A stretch of DNA of 64,000 nucleotides from Marsupella aquatica (Eukaryota > Plantae > Marchantiophyta): assembly GCA_973895155.1 (NCBI GenBank), contig OZ316897.1, positions 4,434,211 through 4,498,210 on the forward strand. The letters run 5' to 3'. The position numbers were made by a program, and so were the translations under genes. Below, piece after piece: positions 1-12,720 of this stretch. Position 1 is the first letter of the stretch. The number at the start of each line of letters is the position of its first letter. The notes below the pieces were generated by a model. It was not told the DNA's origin. It saw only the letters and a list, made by a program, of their open reading frames with translations, and ran no database searches.

Positions 1-369
1 TCCGGGCTGCAGAAACGTCTGGGATCGTGTTGCTATGGACGAGAACAAGAAAACTTGACATGATCGAGCATCACTTGCCACTAGCTTGTATTCATTCTGC
101 AAAACTCTGGCTCCAAGAGATTGCAGCAAACACTAGGTGAATTTAATTCTGGTAGTGATGAGACAGCTTAGGAGCTAGCAGACTACGAGTGTAATCAAAT
201 TCGAGAAGTACAAGTCGCAGCTGTCAACGACGTAGAAGAAAAGAGCTTTGAAATTAAAACACAGAATTAATATCGATTTCGATTGGATCGCCGGTTGTAG
301 CGTATAGTAGGCCAGTCCAGCCGCTGTCTAATTTAGCTTGGTCCGTTACAATCATATACGTTTCAATAG

Positions 370-3300
370 ATGGCTCGTTTGGTTGATGGCGTCGGGATCG
401 GCAAGCAATTATGCACATACAAGAGCGTTCTTGAAGTTGCTGTTCTGATCTTCATGGCAACTTGCGCGAGTGTGCCGACGTTGGTTGCACAACCTGGTTT
501 GTCTATCTCATGCACAATCATTTTTATGAGTTGCAGATGTCAAACTTGTACCATCTTCTTTACGATAGTTTACAATCGAATTGGCACCATTATTATTCGC
601 ACCATTGACTCAGTTAGCGTAAGGGTGACCTCCATTCGAGATCGAAAATAATTACTCTTGTACTGACCTCATATTCTGGCACGCGCGCAGTCACTAGGAT
701 TTCTGCATGTGTAGCACAAGACGAATCATTTATACTATCGTTATTGCGGACCAATTGTAGAGGCTTCAATAGTATTACTTGGAATCAGGCCTGATTGGCA
801 TGATTGTCGGTACATTGCTTTGCGCTCTCGTAGCTTATGATCGGAGCGTTAGTACCATCAAATACTGAGGCAAGAGCAAATTAAACCGCTACTGTAACCA
901 ACAGCGAGAGGTGCTCGCCGTCGCTTGCAGCATGAGTATGTAGAAGTTGATGCAGGGAATAAACTAACATACATAAAACCGTGAAATCGTGATCGAAATG
1001 CTATTTTAAAATCTTTTGTGTACTCAATCGAATTGAATGTGCAGATTTAGGATTTCTGAGCCTCGACTGCGGTGCTCAGACCAAGTACACCGATAACCAC
1101 ACACTGCAATGGGAAACCGACGAGGGCTACATTAATACAGGGAACAGCGTTCAACTGCCTTCTTATCCAGGTGACCAGAGGGCCCTGGGAAGTTTTAGAT
1201 ATTTTCCAGGAATGCGAAGTAAATATTGCTACGACCTACCTACTGTATCTTTGAGTTACTTGGTGCGTGCCAGTTTCTACATGGATGAGTCCGAGTTTAC
1301 ACACAGACAACCCTTCGAGTTTATTCTGTCTATAGACGCTACCGACTGGTTTACGGTCACAAGTGGTGCTGATACATCCCAATCTTATCTGCTGGTAGTT
1401 CAAGAGGCCATCTTCAATCCTCCATACATGAATACCAGTTTTTGCCTACGGCCAGTGCCCGGGCGAGGTATGGCTTTTATTTCCTCATTGGAGCTGCGAA
1501 GCCTAGACTCAAACCCGGGCTTGTACTCTTACCGAGCACATTATAGCCAGATTCTAGCCCTCGGAGCAAGGTATAATGCTGGAGCTGCTCCGAGTGTTCT
1601 TGATTTGAGGTAAGTATCAAATCATACGCAGTGTAGACTGAGGCAAGTTGTTTCCAGCACTCAGAAATTGTGGCTAAGACAAAACATGCTTGCTGACTTG
1701 AATTCAGCGTTACAGTATGCCCTAGTCTAGCAAGACACACGTGCTTATGTATGAGACAATACTCTAGTGCGTTCTTTCATAGCTCATCCCCCAAAGTTAA
1801 CAAATGGTCTTCCTAAAGTTGCAATTAGGTGATAGACCTTTGAACTCGATCTTACATGATCATTTGCTTGTGATTCATCGAAATACATGATCAGGTACCC
1901 CGACGATCCATACGATCGAATTTGGACGACCCCTGACGAATCCTTCGCCAACCTCACAAGCATCTCATGTGCGAATCCAAAAGACAACGAACCCGTAACA
2001 CAATACGACGTACCTTCAAAAGTGATGCAAGACGCATGGTTGTTTGACGCAGGGTCGTTTCGAGCATGGCCGTTTCCAGTGAAAGATTCGATTAAATTGA
2101 ATACGATCACTTTGAAGGTTTACTCAGATGGACCACAGGTGTACTCGACTCCGAGTGAATACGCGTTTGCGGTTGTGTATTCTGAAATTCTAGATACATC
2201 AAATCCAGGACCAATTGAAATAGTTATCTATTTCGACGCGGGCTTGGACTCTGATACTTTGTACTCCTCTACAAAACCTAACATGTCAGCGACTCCTTTT
2301 GTTACCCTTTCGGCGAATTATATCAATATTACTCTAGGTGCAAACACTCGCCCAAGCATGAACGCGGTTGAGCTTTATGCCCAATTTAGCTACAATACCT
2401 CCATCACAAACCCTCATGACGGTAAGATTGAAGTTTGCGCACCACTCTGAGCCGTCGAATGCAAATATGAAGGTCAATTTAATTTTCGTACAGGTGCTTG
2501 ACTCAAAGCGTTTAAACTGTTTTCGGGTTTGACATACTAGAGCCTGCATTGTACTTTTTTTTTAATGTGCAGCCACACTTATCGAAGCTCTGAAGATAAT
2601 GTTTTCACTGACCGACTGGCAAGGAGATCCTTGTGTTCCAGTGCCTTATGACTGGCTGTCTTGCGATTTGCGGAATCCGACCTTTGGGAAAAGTCAAAGT
2701 ACCGACAATACCCCTTCGCACTCGATCTTTGCGACGTCTTTCAATGTCACCTCTATGTGAGTCGCACAATCTCATAACCCACAGAATAGAAGCACAGTCA
2801 TGCAAGGGTAGCGTTTTTGTTTAATGTGTAACTCACTGTATACTACTGCTATGAAATAATGGTGAATGCAAGTTTCAAGTTTTGTCTTATTGAGATTTTG
2901 TGTCTTTGATTTTAATGTGACTTAAAATTAACTTTTGTACCTCTTGTAGTTTGGTTAGACTAAGAGTATTTTAAATGTATTTGGTTCCCCCCATAAATAT
3001 TTGATCTTTCATTTTGATCCATTTTTCAGTGAATTTTTAATTTTTTTGGGGAGAGGGAGAGAAATGAATTTGAACAATATGCATATATGGTGTATTAAGT
3101 TTTTTTGTGATTTTCTTTACAAAATTATAGTTTTAATTGAGTTAACTCTTATTACCTACAAGTAAGTGAAAATTTGTACTGTATGCGCACATCTTTTTAA
3201 TACTTTTGTATTTTTTTGATCATAATGTACTTTTCTTTGCATATGTATTTATGGTTGTGTCACTCTTTAATTAACTATTATTTTTAATTTATTGACATAT

Positions 3301-4505
3301 ACTTTATACTAGCCCCGACTACCCGTTCTTTGAACGTAATAGTAGAGAATACAATAAAAAATTATCAAAATATATTTTCTATCAATATTCTTTGAAGGTT
3401 AATGAAATGATAAAAAAAATTCATCATTTTAATAATCATATATAATATACCCTTCTTCTTTATGTGCACATGAGTATTTTTTAATACACATATGTTATGG
3501 TGGGGCCATAATGCATATAGAAATTATCAAGAAAAATTGGTATGTACATATATCATGTCATGAGTTTCTCCATTACACATGATGATCATAGAGTTACGGT
3601 CTAGAGGCTTCACTCTAAACCTAAGTTCTTAAAAATAGACTTGAATTGGCACTTTAATAGTAAGATGTATCTACTGTACTTCTTTTTATTATAAAATAAA
3701 TTAATTATGTTTCACTACAAGCAAAAAGAAGAAGCATATTCCAGGATGAATTAAGATGATATAATACCTCAACTACCGTAAGGCTTCTTCTTTGATGGGG
3801 AAACATATATTCAGTAGGTGTACAGTCAGTACCACACTGCCCTTAACTTCCATGCAAGTAGTACAGACTCTACCAAAGACACGTAACTCTTTTGTTGAGA
3901 AATAAAATAAGACAAAGTGGATAAGGCCAATAATATTAACAGGGCTTACTATGGAAAATTGCTAATACATAAATTTTCTCTATTAGCCCCGCGCACCTAC
4001 TATATTTCTCCTAGTCAGCCATTGGGTGAGCGCTTCCGTTACACGCTAGGACCACGTCCAACCAGTTTGTCCAGCCTCATCTCGATTTACTACCTTAAAA
4101 ACCTGGTCAAGTAGATATAAAGTTGCTATCTACATTACAATGAAATCAGTGTGAGTCCTCTCCAGATAAAAAACATAGTACTACACGATCAGAGAATTAG
4201 CAAGCTAATGAGAGCTCTAAAAGAACTTATGTCCATCTATTTATGTGGCTACAATGAAAACGCATAATGTTTAAATTATGAGGCTCACGAGAAACTACAC
4301 AGTCACTGAGGACTAACTGCATAGCAAAATGCTTGGACGTGAGACTTAGTATATATATATATATATATATATATAGTGGCACACTTAAGAAAATTAGGAG
4401 AATCCCTTTTTCATCCATTTGGACCCATCTACGATTGTATATTCTTGCTTAAATGAAATTTCAAAGCATGAGTCCTGAATTGAAAGACTTATTTGAGTAT
4501 TTAGC

Positions 4506-4550
<45 letters not shown>

Positions 4551-7500
4551 TTGCAAGCACGAACAGCAATAAACCGTATACACGGCTGTATCAGCACTCG
4601 TAAATATCTAACATTCTCTATATACGGCGTAAGATAAAATGATTGCTACGGACCGCATTGAATGTTCTCTTACAGAGCTAGATATCATTGTCATCGCAGT
4701 TAATTACAATAAGGAAGTTCTTCCATTAATAGTGTGTTCGTCATTGTGCAGAATTCTTTCGAACATCACCACTATTAATACTAACATAACCAGCATCACT
4801 GCAGATCCATCATTAGCCTTACCACTGGAGAGACTACATGGATTGACCACTATGTAAGTCTGACCTCGCATCGCAGATATTATTGATCATTTTGGAAAGA
4901 CGTCTGGACGCAGCTTACTGGCATTACTTTTGTTTCGATTAAACGTCATGCAGGATTATAGGAAATTTCAGACCCGACTCCTGACTTTGAATTGATACTC
5001 TGAGGTTATCTGACCTAACGGCTGCACCTGAAGTCCTGTTCTCATCTGGACTCGGGCCCTGAAGCACTTTGTTACAGGACAATTGACCTGATTGGAATTA
5101 ATAACGCCGTAAGCAAATATAAGTCGGAGATCCTAGTACACTCTTTCCATATGCACAGATCCTCATCCATTCTTGCACTTTCGGTGTCGTTGGCTTTCAG
5201 GTCTATCACATCCAGTCAAGTGGACTTCCCAACTCTTCTGTTCCTCATAAACTATACCTATCCTGGATTGGTAACATTGTAAGCAATCCATACTCTGAAC
5301 TTACTTGTTTTAGAACCATATGTTTCAAGCGGTTTACTACTTTAAAAATAAAAACTTCCAAACATGTGCTTGAATTAGACACGCTTATCTAAAGACATTC
5401 GTGTAGTCCCAGCACACAACGCTTCCAACGATAGCTATTTCAGGTAGTAACAGGAGAATTTGAAGTACTTGAAAGCTATGTACGTAAACACTTCTTAATT
5501 TACAGGTTGATGCGTAGCAGTTCTTGATGGAAATTCTGGCTGCACCCTCATGAATACAATTTGATTATATGTAACAAAGCTAGGAGACATTAATTTATGT
5601 ATATGTCAAACTGTTTCATTAGGGACTTGAGTTACAATGTTATTGAGCAACTCCCTCACGTGAGCGACTGGGCTGGAAGGGACAATGTTACCTTTGGAAA
5701 TCTGACAACCTTAGACCTATCTCACAATCATATTACTGGTTCGCTGATATCGTTCGAGGATGTGTTATTCTCCACAGCACTCCAAAATCTGTAAGTTTGA
5801 TCATGCAGTCGCCGGCGCGGATACTAGAAACTTTTATTATATGTAAACCAGTCTTGAAGAACATAGTAGGAGTTAATTATTGACCATGCATGAACGTGAA
5901 ACATGTAGACTCTGTGGAATTTTAGATTGAGTACTATTCTTTCCAAGTTTAACGCTTACAATTTTCTGGCTTTTGATGAGTTTAGATCATAAAATGCAAT
6001 CCTAAAAGTACAATAGAACTGCTAAGAGGAAGAGATATGTACGTTTACTTACCTAGTACTCTTGAGCTCGGATTGACGATACATAGAGAACCCTTTAAAT
6101 CTTGCTGAATGTACACAACGAGCTCCGTACTGATTGAATGTTCCGTACTTTGATGATTGTGATCATGCTGTTACATCCGGCCCCCTCTTTCCCACATATA
6201 GAATGTTCCTAGTGTAGCTAGGCCAATAACCTCAGATAACGGGTATTTTAAATTATACAGTCTTACACAACTTCGAATCTACCTTGGCATTATTTTTCCT
6301 GTATTTTAGCAATGGCCATGTTTTGTCTCCCAATTCTGTCGATCTTCCTGGGAAGCTTCCTTAAGGTTGAATTGATTGCATCTTGGCTTGGGCAGGGACC
6401 TCAGTTACAACGGTTTGACGTCTTTTCCAAAGAAGTGGGGAAACAAAACTATCACAAGCTTGGTTACCCTCAACTTGTCTCACAATCAATTCAACGAAAA
6501 CATTTCTTCCTTGGACGAGTTTGTTCAAATGAACTCGGGGTCTCTTCAAGTATTGTAAGTGGAGTGGGCTCTATCTAGCTATGTGAACTTGTATAAAATC
6601 GCTCGATATTACCTTCAACCTACTGATAACCTGTAAAAAGTCAATCGACCTTTCACTTTTCTATCGCCAGCAGCAGTACTTCTTGCTTACTGGGCCAATG
6701 TAAAACCATGCCAGACATTCACATTGGCCAATTTTCTATCACCAGCAGCTTAATACTTAAACCATGCCAGACATTAATTCACACTTTTTGATGAAAATAA
6801 GTAATGTGATTGAGCTACTTACATGGATGTTTTTGATAACTACAATACCCGTTTTACTGATAGTTCCATATCAAGAATTGGATATGACCTGCCCAACCTT
6901 ACATAGCCTTACTCATCCAAATTATACCCATTGCTCGACTTGAATCCTCAACTAATATACCCAAGTCACTCGATCTTAGGTCAGAAATGATGAATATCGA
7001 GGTAGCCTCACGTACGTACGTTGAGAAGATTATTTTTCTAGGCTTATAAATGTCATCGGAAACTTAACGTATGCAGGTTCTGCCGATTTTACGGATGTTC
7101 CGTCTGATGTTGTAGATGTTTAAATCTGTGCAGGGACGTTTCTTACAACAAGCTTGGTGGGAAATTTTCGAGTGACGTGTACTTCTCACTTCCAAACCTT
7201 ACTTCTGCGTAAGTGTCCTGAAACTCTAAACCTGAGTTACATGTATACTACAAAAAATTATGAATTTTCTGATGAGGAAAATCGATTCTGCCATGGGGAC
7301 AAGATTATTCAAAGTTTCAAAAGGAGCGACTAGTACCATGAACTCTATGTGTCTCCTTGCGCAGCTAGTTACATATTTCTGACTACCAGTTGTGAGTCTA
7401 GGATTTATTTTTAAATGAAATGACTATAGACGTGTATTATGGCTAACCCACCAATGTCTTGGTATTTGAGTCTGTTCTTGGTAAAATGAATACTTTAATG

Positions 7501-10500
7501 GAAGATTAAGCTGAAATATATAGATAAGTCAGCTCGTAATAACTTAAACATAATATGTCCAGTCATATTATCTCATACGTATCGAAATGACTGAGACCTT
7601 GAATCCTTGGTGCACAGAAATTTTGACCAGAATTCTATTCAGGGAATCTTGAACTTGAGCGCATGGCATTCGGCTCTGCAAGAGGCTGCTTCGAAAATGG
7701 CTGGTGTGAACATGACAGCCAGAATGGAAACGGATAACTCAAGCATGCCAACTGTCACTACGCAGTTGTTTTCGTTTATGAATAACTCCATCTCAGATAT
7801 AGTTCCTAGAGCTCAGGACTTTGACCCTACAATACAACCCCTATTCAATACGATTTCAACTTTTGGAGTAATGTAAGTATGCCTCGCCACGCTTAGTAGT
7901 ACTTTCAACTTAATTAATTACAGCTTAACAATGATGATCGTGTTAGATGTGAAAATTTCTTCCCCAAGATTATATTTACACTTTTCCTAGGCATCGTCAT
8001 GTCCCAACGATGAGAATTGTCTAGCTATCCGCTGGCGGGTTGAGAGTTGTCTTCAATTATCAGTCGGAAGACAAATGTACAAGGCCTCTGTGCGGGCCTC
8101 GATCTGTGCAGTGTTTCTACGCTCTGAGTAATTTCCAATTTTTTTTTAATATTTGACTCAATAAATCAACGAAATTAACAAACTGATTGTAAATTAGTCT
8201 TCAGATATTCGAAGCACTTGAATTACCCAGTTGATTAATACTGTATATCTGTGAGATGGCATATAGGCTAAGTGGAAACCCCTACTGCAATGACTTGCAA
8301 TCGATATCTGTACACAAATATCTTTGTCGCTCGTCCACTACAGAGCTATTTGAAGGTAAGAATGGTTTCTTCTACCTCTGTACCAACAGTCACACTGTTC
8401 TCTTTGGTGCGGGCTTTAATTGGTGCCTCACTAGCTCTGCACTTGGATATTTGGCTCTCGTTGGCGTGACTATCCCTTTCTAGAATCGTCCCTTCAGTAT
8501 GCACCCGAATATATAAATATATATTTATATATTTATTATATGCGAGATTATTGGCAATTTTTGAAGCCAGCCAAGAATAGTCTTGATGAGCATTTTGAGT
8601 TCTAGGATAATTTTTGGGTAAGAAAAGATTAGGAAAGTAAGGAATAAATAGCCAGGATTCTCTACTGTAGAGCTAAATAAGCATTTATGGATAAGCTGGT
8701 AACGTACTAGCAGTGCTCGATCAAGTAAAATTAAACAAATATAATAATAGTGGAATGATTATTCATCAAAATAAATTATTCTCAACGACGGAAGGTAATG
8801 TTTTGAAAGTAAGGCTCCAGCCCGTAGATCACAACGATTTCATAAGATGATTGGATGGGGTGTTCCAACCCACATGGAGCACTGTCCTGAAACTAAAATA
8901 TTGTTTATGACTTAAATGCTACATTTCTTTTGTACAAATTCTCACATTTTTTGGTGTCCAAAAGTGCAGCTTGGTCCATTGGCTCCCTAGTTTGGTACAT
9001 ACACGAATCAGCATCTAACATCCTTCTGTTGTATTTTTCAGAACTCCATCAAAAATATAACTATAGAGAGATAATTTTAATCGTCAGTATATGTGGCGGG
9101 GTTGTTGCTCTTGCTCTCCTTTCTATTACTTCTGCAACCTTGTTAAGACTTCGAAAACAATTGCACGCCCTTCGTGGGATCCAACAAGGTAAGCTGTACA
9201 TATACGATTCCATTAATGCCCTTGCATGCTTTGCAATACATAGTATATTGAGAAAAAATTTAGTAGTTGTCTCAAATTTGTTATATCCATGCTTGCTAAG
9301 CCCTGCTAGCTAATATCCAACAAAGATCCAATCATACAGATATATTGTAGAGACTAACGGAAAAAGAAATTTTTATTGCTAAATTTCTGAGTCATTTCAT
9401 TCAGCTGAACTAATGTTTGAATATATTGTGCAGCTTTGGCTAAACAGAAAGTGCAACCACCATTTTATCACTACAATGATCTTAAAATTGCTACAAAAAA
9501 ATTTGACAGGAGCAATAAATTGGGGCAAGGCGGCTTTGGTGTGGTCTACAAGGTGAGATTGTACTTTCCTTTCCGCTTTCCTTGACCCTATATATAATAC
9601 GAGTTCCAGCACTGCTTCAAACACTACAAGTTTTATCCCATGGGATAAAACTGGTACTGAATTAAGATAGTTAAGATGTTTTTTTGAGAAATCAAAGTTC
9701 TTAAATTTAGAACATGAAATGTTTGAAATACAAAATACTTGTTGTGTAACAAGTTTTTAGTCTTACCCATCTCCTCCAAAATGTCATTTTTATGATTCAT
9801 GGAAAGCTTCCATGGTGTGTAGGGTCAGAACTGTTTTTAGAGAGAAATGTTAGATCCAGCCAAAGGTTTTACTACACACCCCCACAACAAGCATACTCAT
9901 GCAGGTTGATATTACTAGGCGTTAAGGTCCTACAACTCCTGAGTGGATTGAACATTTTCCGTTATCTACATCAGTTTATAAAATTATTTTGCAAGCTCAA
10001 TATAGAAGTATAAACAACTGTCTTGCAAGTTCTGACAAACGCGTAATCCACGCAACCTGTATTGGCATGCAGGGAGTTTTAGCAGATGAGACAACCCTTG
10101 CAGTGAAAAAACTGTTCAATTCTCAGAAAGTTCAAGTGATTGATGAGTTCTTGAATGAGGTGGTGTTAATAACTGGAATCAAACATAGAAACCTTCTGCA
10201 GTTGAAAGGTTGTTGCGTAAACGACAAGCAACGCATACTGGTTTACGAATACGCTGAAAAGGGAAACTTGGCAGAAGCATTATGGGGTAAATTCAGTGGT
10301 TCAGCTAAGAATCTGTTTGCGGTTTGTTGCATGACTATGCTGTTGCATGACTATGCTGCTTGACTAGCAAGATGTATTCACACTTCTTTCGTGCTGTGTA
10401 TTCGAAAGAAATTAACCCTTTAGTTTTGTCAAAACTACGAATGTGATTCATTCACCTATGTTGAAAAAGAGTCTAGACTGTGATCCAGAATTATATATTA

Positions 10501-11800
10501 TCGAATCCCATATTTTCTTTTGGTGTGTTCACACTATAATGGATAAAACTAAGTTGTAGTGCATGTACAGGATCTCGAGCTCACGGGGGATTGAATTGGA
10601 AGCAACGACTGAATGTTTGTGTGGGAGTTGCTCGTGGGCTTTCTTATCTTCACGAAGAGCTACAGCCGTCAATTATACATCGGGATATAAAGCCACAAAA
10701 TATCCTCCTCGATAACAATTTCAACCCCAAAATTGCTGACTTTGGATTAGCTCGACATATCTCAGAGGAAACAAGCCACGCTCATTACACAAAACTTGCA
10801 GGGACATTGTAAGTGACAGGAACTTTGCCTCGAGTTAGTTTCGGATCATGCAAGTCTCATATAAGTACCTATTACTCAAACTGAATGTAGATCCTAGTCA
10901 TTCATTTATAATTTTACTTAGATTAGTGCCTCTTATATCGATTTGAAGTCCAAATACTGTAAGTTAACGTCGATTCCTAGCTAATTTGCTTCCGAGCATT
11001 TACTAAACTGTGATTTCTTGAAATGCCAATGGGTTGCAGAGGTTACTTTGCACCAGAATATGCAATGCAAGGCCAGGTGTCCGATAAAACAGATATCTAT
11101 AGCTACGGAATTTTGATTCTAGAAGTTGTCAGCGGACGGCCGTGTATTGATTCCACACGACCTATGGAAGAAAAGTTTTTGAAAGATTGGGTATACATTA
11201 ACTATTTTTCAAAGTTTAAGTAAATGTACTGACATGAGTGAATTGTAAATGTAGAAACGGTCTCTCCTAATTTCCGTATTGCATTTAACGGTTGTTCCAA
11301 AAATGTTGTTTGTCACTTAAATGGATGTGCTCACAAACTCTGCATACATTCCAAGCCTTTTCTATTTTGACTTCAAGATATTGTCTGAGGAAACAGTCAC
11401 CTTTGATTCGTGGACTCTGTTTGTCGTGCATTTAGATGTCCTCGTAAGTATAATTGCTAAACTCTAGTGTCTTTTACCGTGATTGCAGGTTTTTTGTATG
11501 AGAAAAAAGTCCTCATTGTTTGATATCCTGCAACCCGAATTACGAGAAGACTGCAATGTTGCAGAGGTCATTCGAGTTATCAATATTGCTCTGCTTTGTG
11601 TGCAACATCGTCCAGACAGGCGGCCAACAATGTCTCAAGTAGTGACCATGCTCTTGGGAAATGTGGAAATAATTGTTTTCTCAGAGGAGTTTGATAATAT
11701 TCACTATACTTTGAACGACCTCATGGCAGCCATAGACCATGACGCCGAGGGTCATGCCCTCCAAATCATCGACGAGGAGTCCACTGTTTCGCTTGCCTAG
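370..11800 (+). CDS. Malectin-like domain LRR receptor-like Ser/Thr kinase (multi-exon; some LRR exons appear disabled)
   Basis: Approximate exons: 370-496 (signal peptide ...VAQPG); 1051-1608 (GFLSLDCG...FRYFP...CYDL); 1895-2421 ([11 protein letters not shown]); 2573-2756 ([16 protein letters not shown]); LRR exons 4752-4853, 5201-5278, 5623-5790, 6395-6554, 7134-7208, 7618-7872; 8267-8355 (LSGNPYC); TM exon 9042-9188; kinase exons 9434-9552 ([11 protein letters not shown]), 10072-10286 (AVKKL), 10571-10808 ([11 protein letters not shown]), 11040-11190 (GYFAPEY), 11489-11800. GT-AG junctions keep the frame. RD-type kinase motifs are intact. Confidence 0.9.
3308..3338 (-). mobile_element. Helitron-like 3' terminus in AT-rich RLK intron
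   Basis: Minus strand reads CGTTC-AAA-GAACG hairpin, 11 nt spacer, then CTAG followed by T. This is the canonical Helitron 3' end geometry. The 5' end was not located. Confidence 0.5.
4350..4548. repeat. Two (TA)n microsatellites in RLK intron
   Basis: (TA)~13 at 4350-4375 and (AT)~20 at 4508-4548. Confidence 0.95.
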
Positions 11801-12720
11801 TGTAGATTCTCAAGGTTCCTTTGGCACTAATCGCGCATTAACTGTGGCAGGGCAAGCCCAAGGGAAATAATTGACTTGAGCACTGTCAGTGGGCGATAAC
11901 TTGCAATGTGGCGATTACTGAGGTCACACATGGAATAAAGTGGATGATTACATTGTTCATGATGATATCTATGAAAGCAGGAGTTGTAGCTAGAATTAAT
12001 ATACTAGGCGATCAACTGGAAGGCAAGCTGTGAGATTAAACACTCAGTGCAAGTGCACCTAGAGCAGTATTTGGTAATCATGGAATTTTTGCTTTCGTAA
12101 CTCTTTGTGCAACCCTTACAGATCGCCTGACCCTTCTAGATTGTGGCTCGGTCAAGAACATCATTTAACAATCCTACATCATGCTCTATGATTCACGGAG
12201 TTCAACCTAGTTACTGTTGGACCCTTGAATGAACGAGAAGGATCTCCCTTGTTACCAGACCAACTTACAATTTCTCCAAAGCACAACAATGAAAATTTGT
12301 GTCGTTCCAAATTCTGCTCCAAGAGCCTGAGTATATAGTATGTCTCTACTCATTTACATCCTCGTGTTTCAGCAACACACACCGTCGTACAACACACAGC
12401 TGCAAGGAAACAAACTAGATTACCCACGCATGCCTTTGCTCGTGCACCCAAGGATACAGAGGTAGCACGATAGAACATTTCTCAAACCAGCTAGGAGGAA
12501 AACTGAGCACAGAATACAAGACTAGGGTCTGTCGTAGAGGAGTATTTGGATCTTCTTGAAGGAAGGTAGCCTTACATGAGCGACAGGCCGCCCAGACTGA
12601 AAAGTCAACGTAACTTCATTACAAGGAATCACGGCTTACAGTCATGGACCCACAATCGCTCCACTGGGCAGACATTGACAGACTAAATGTCCATCAGCAC
12701 TTCGTTAACATAAATGCATC

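Noticed and set aside
11798-11830. Stop-codon readthrough or U-to-C editing of TAG/TAA in the RLK tail
   Set aside because: U-to-C editing is organellar in plants. Indels or a short intron explain the pattern more simply.
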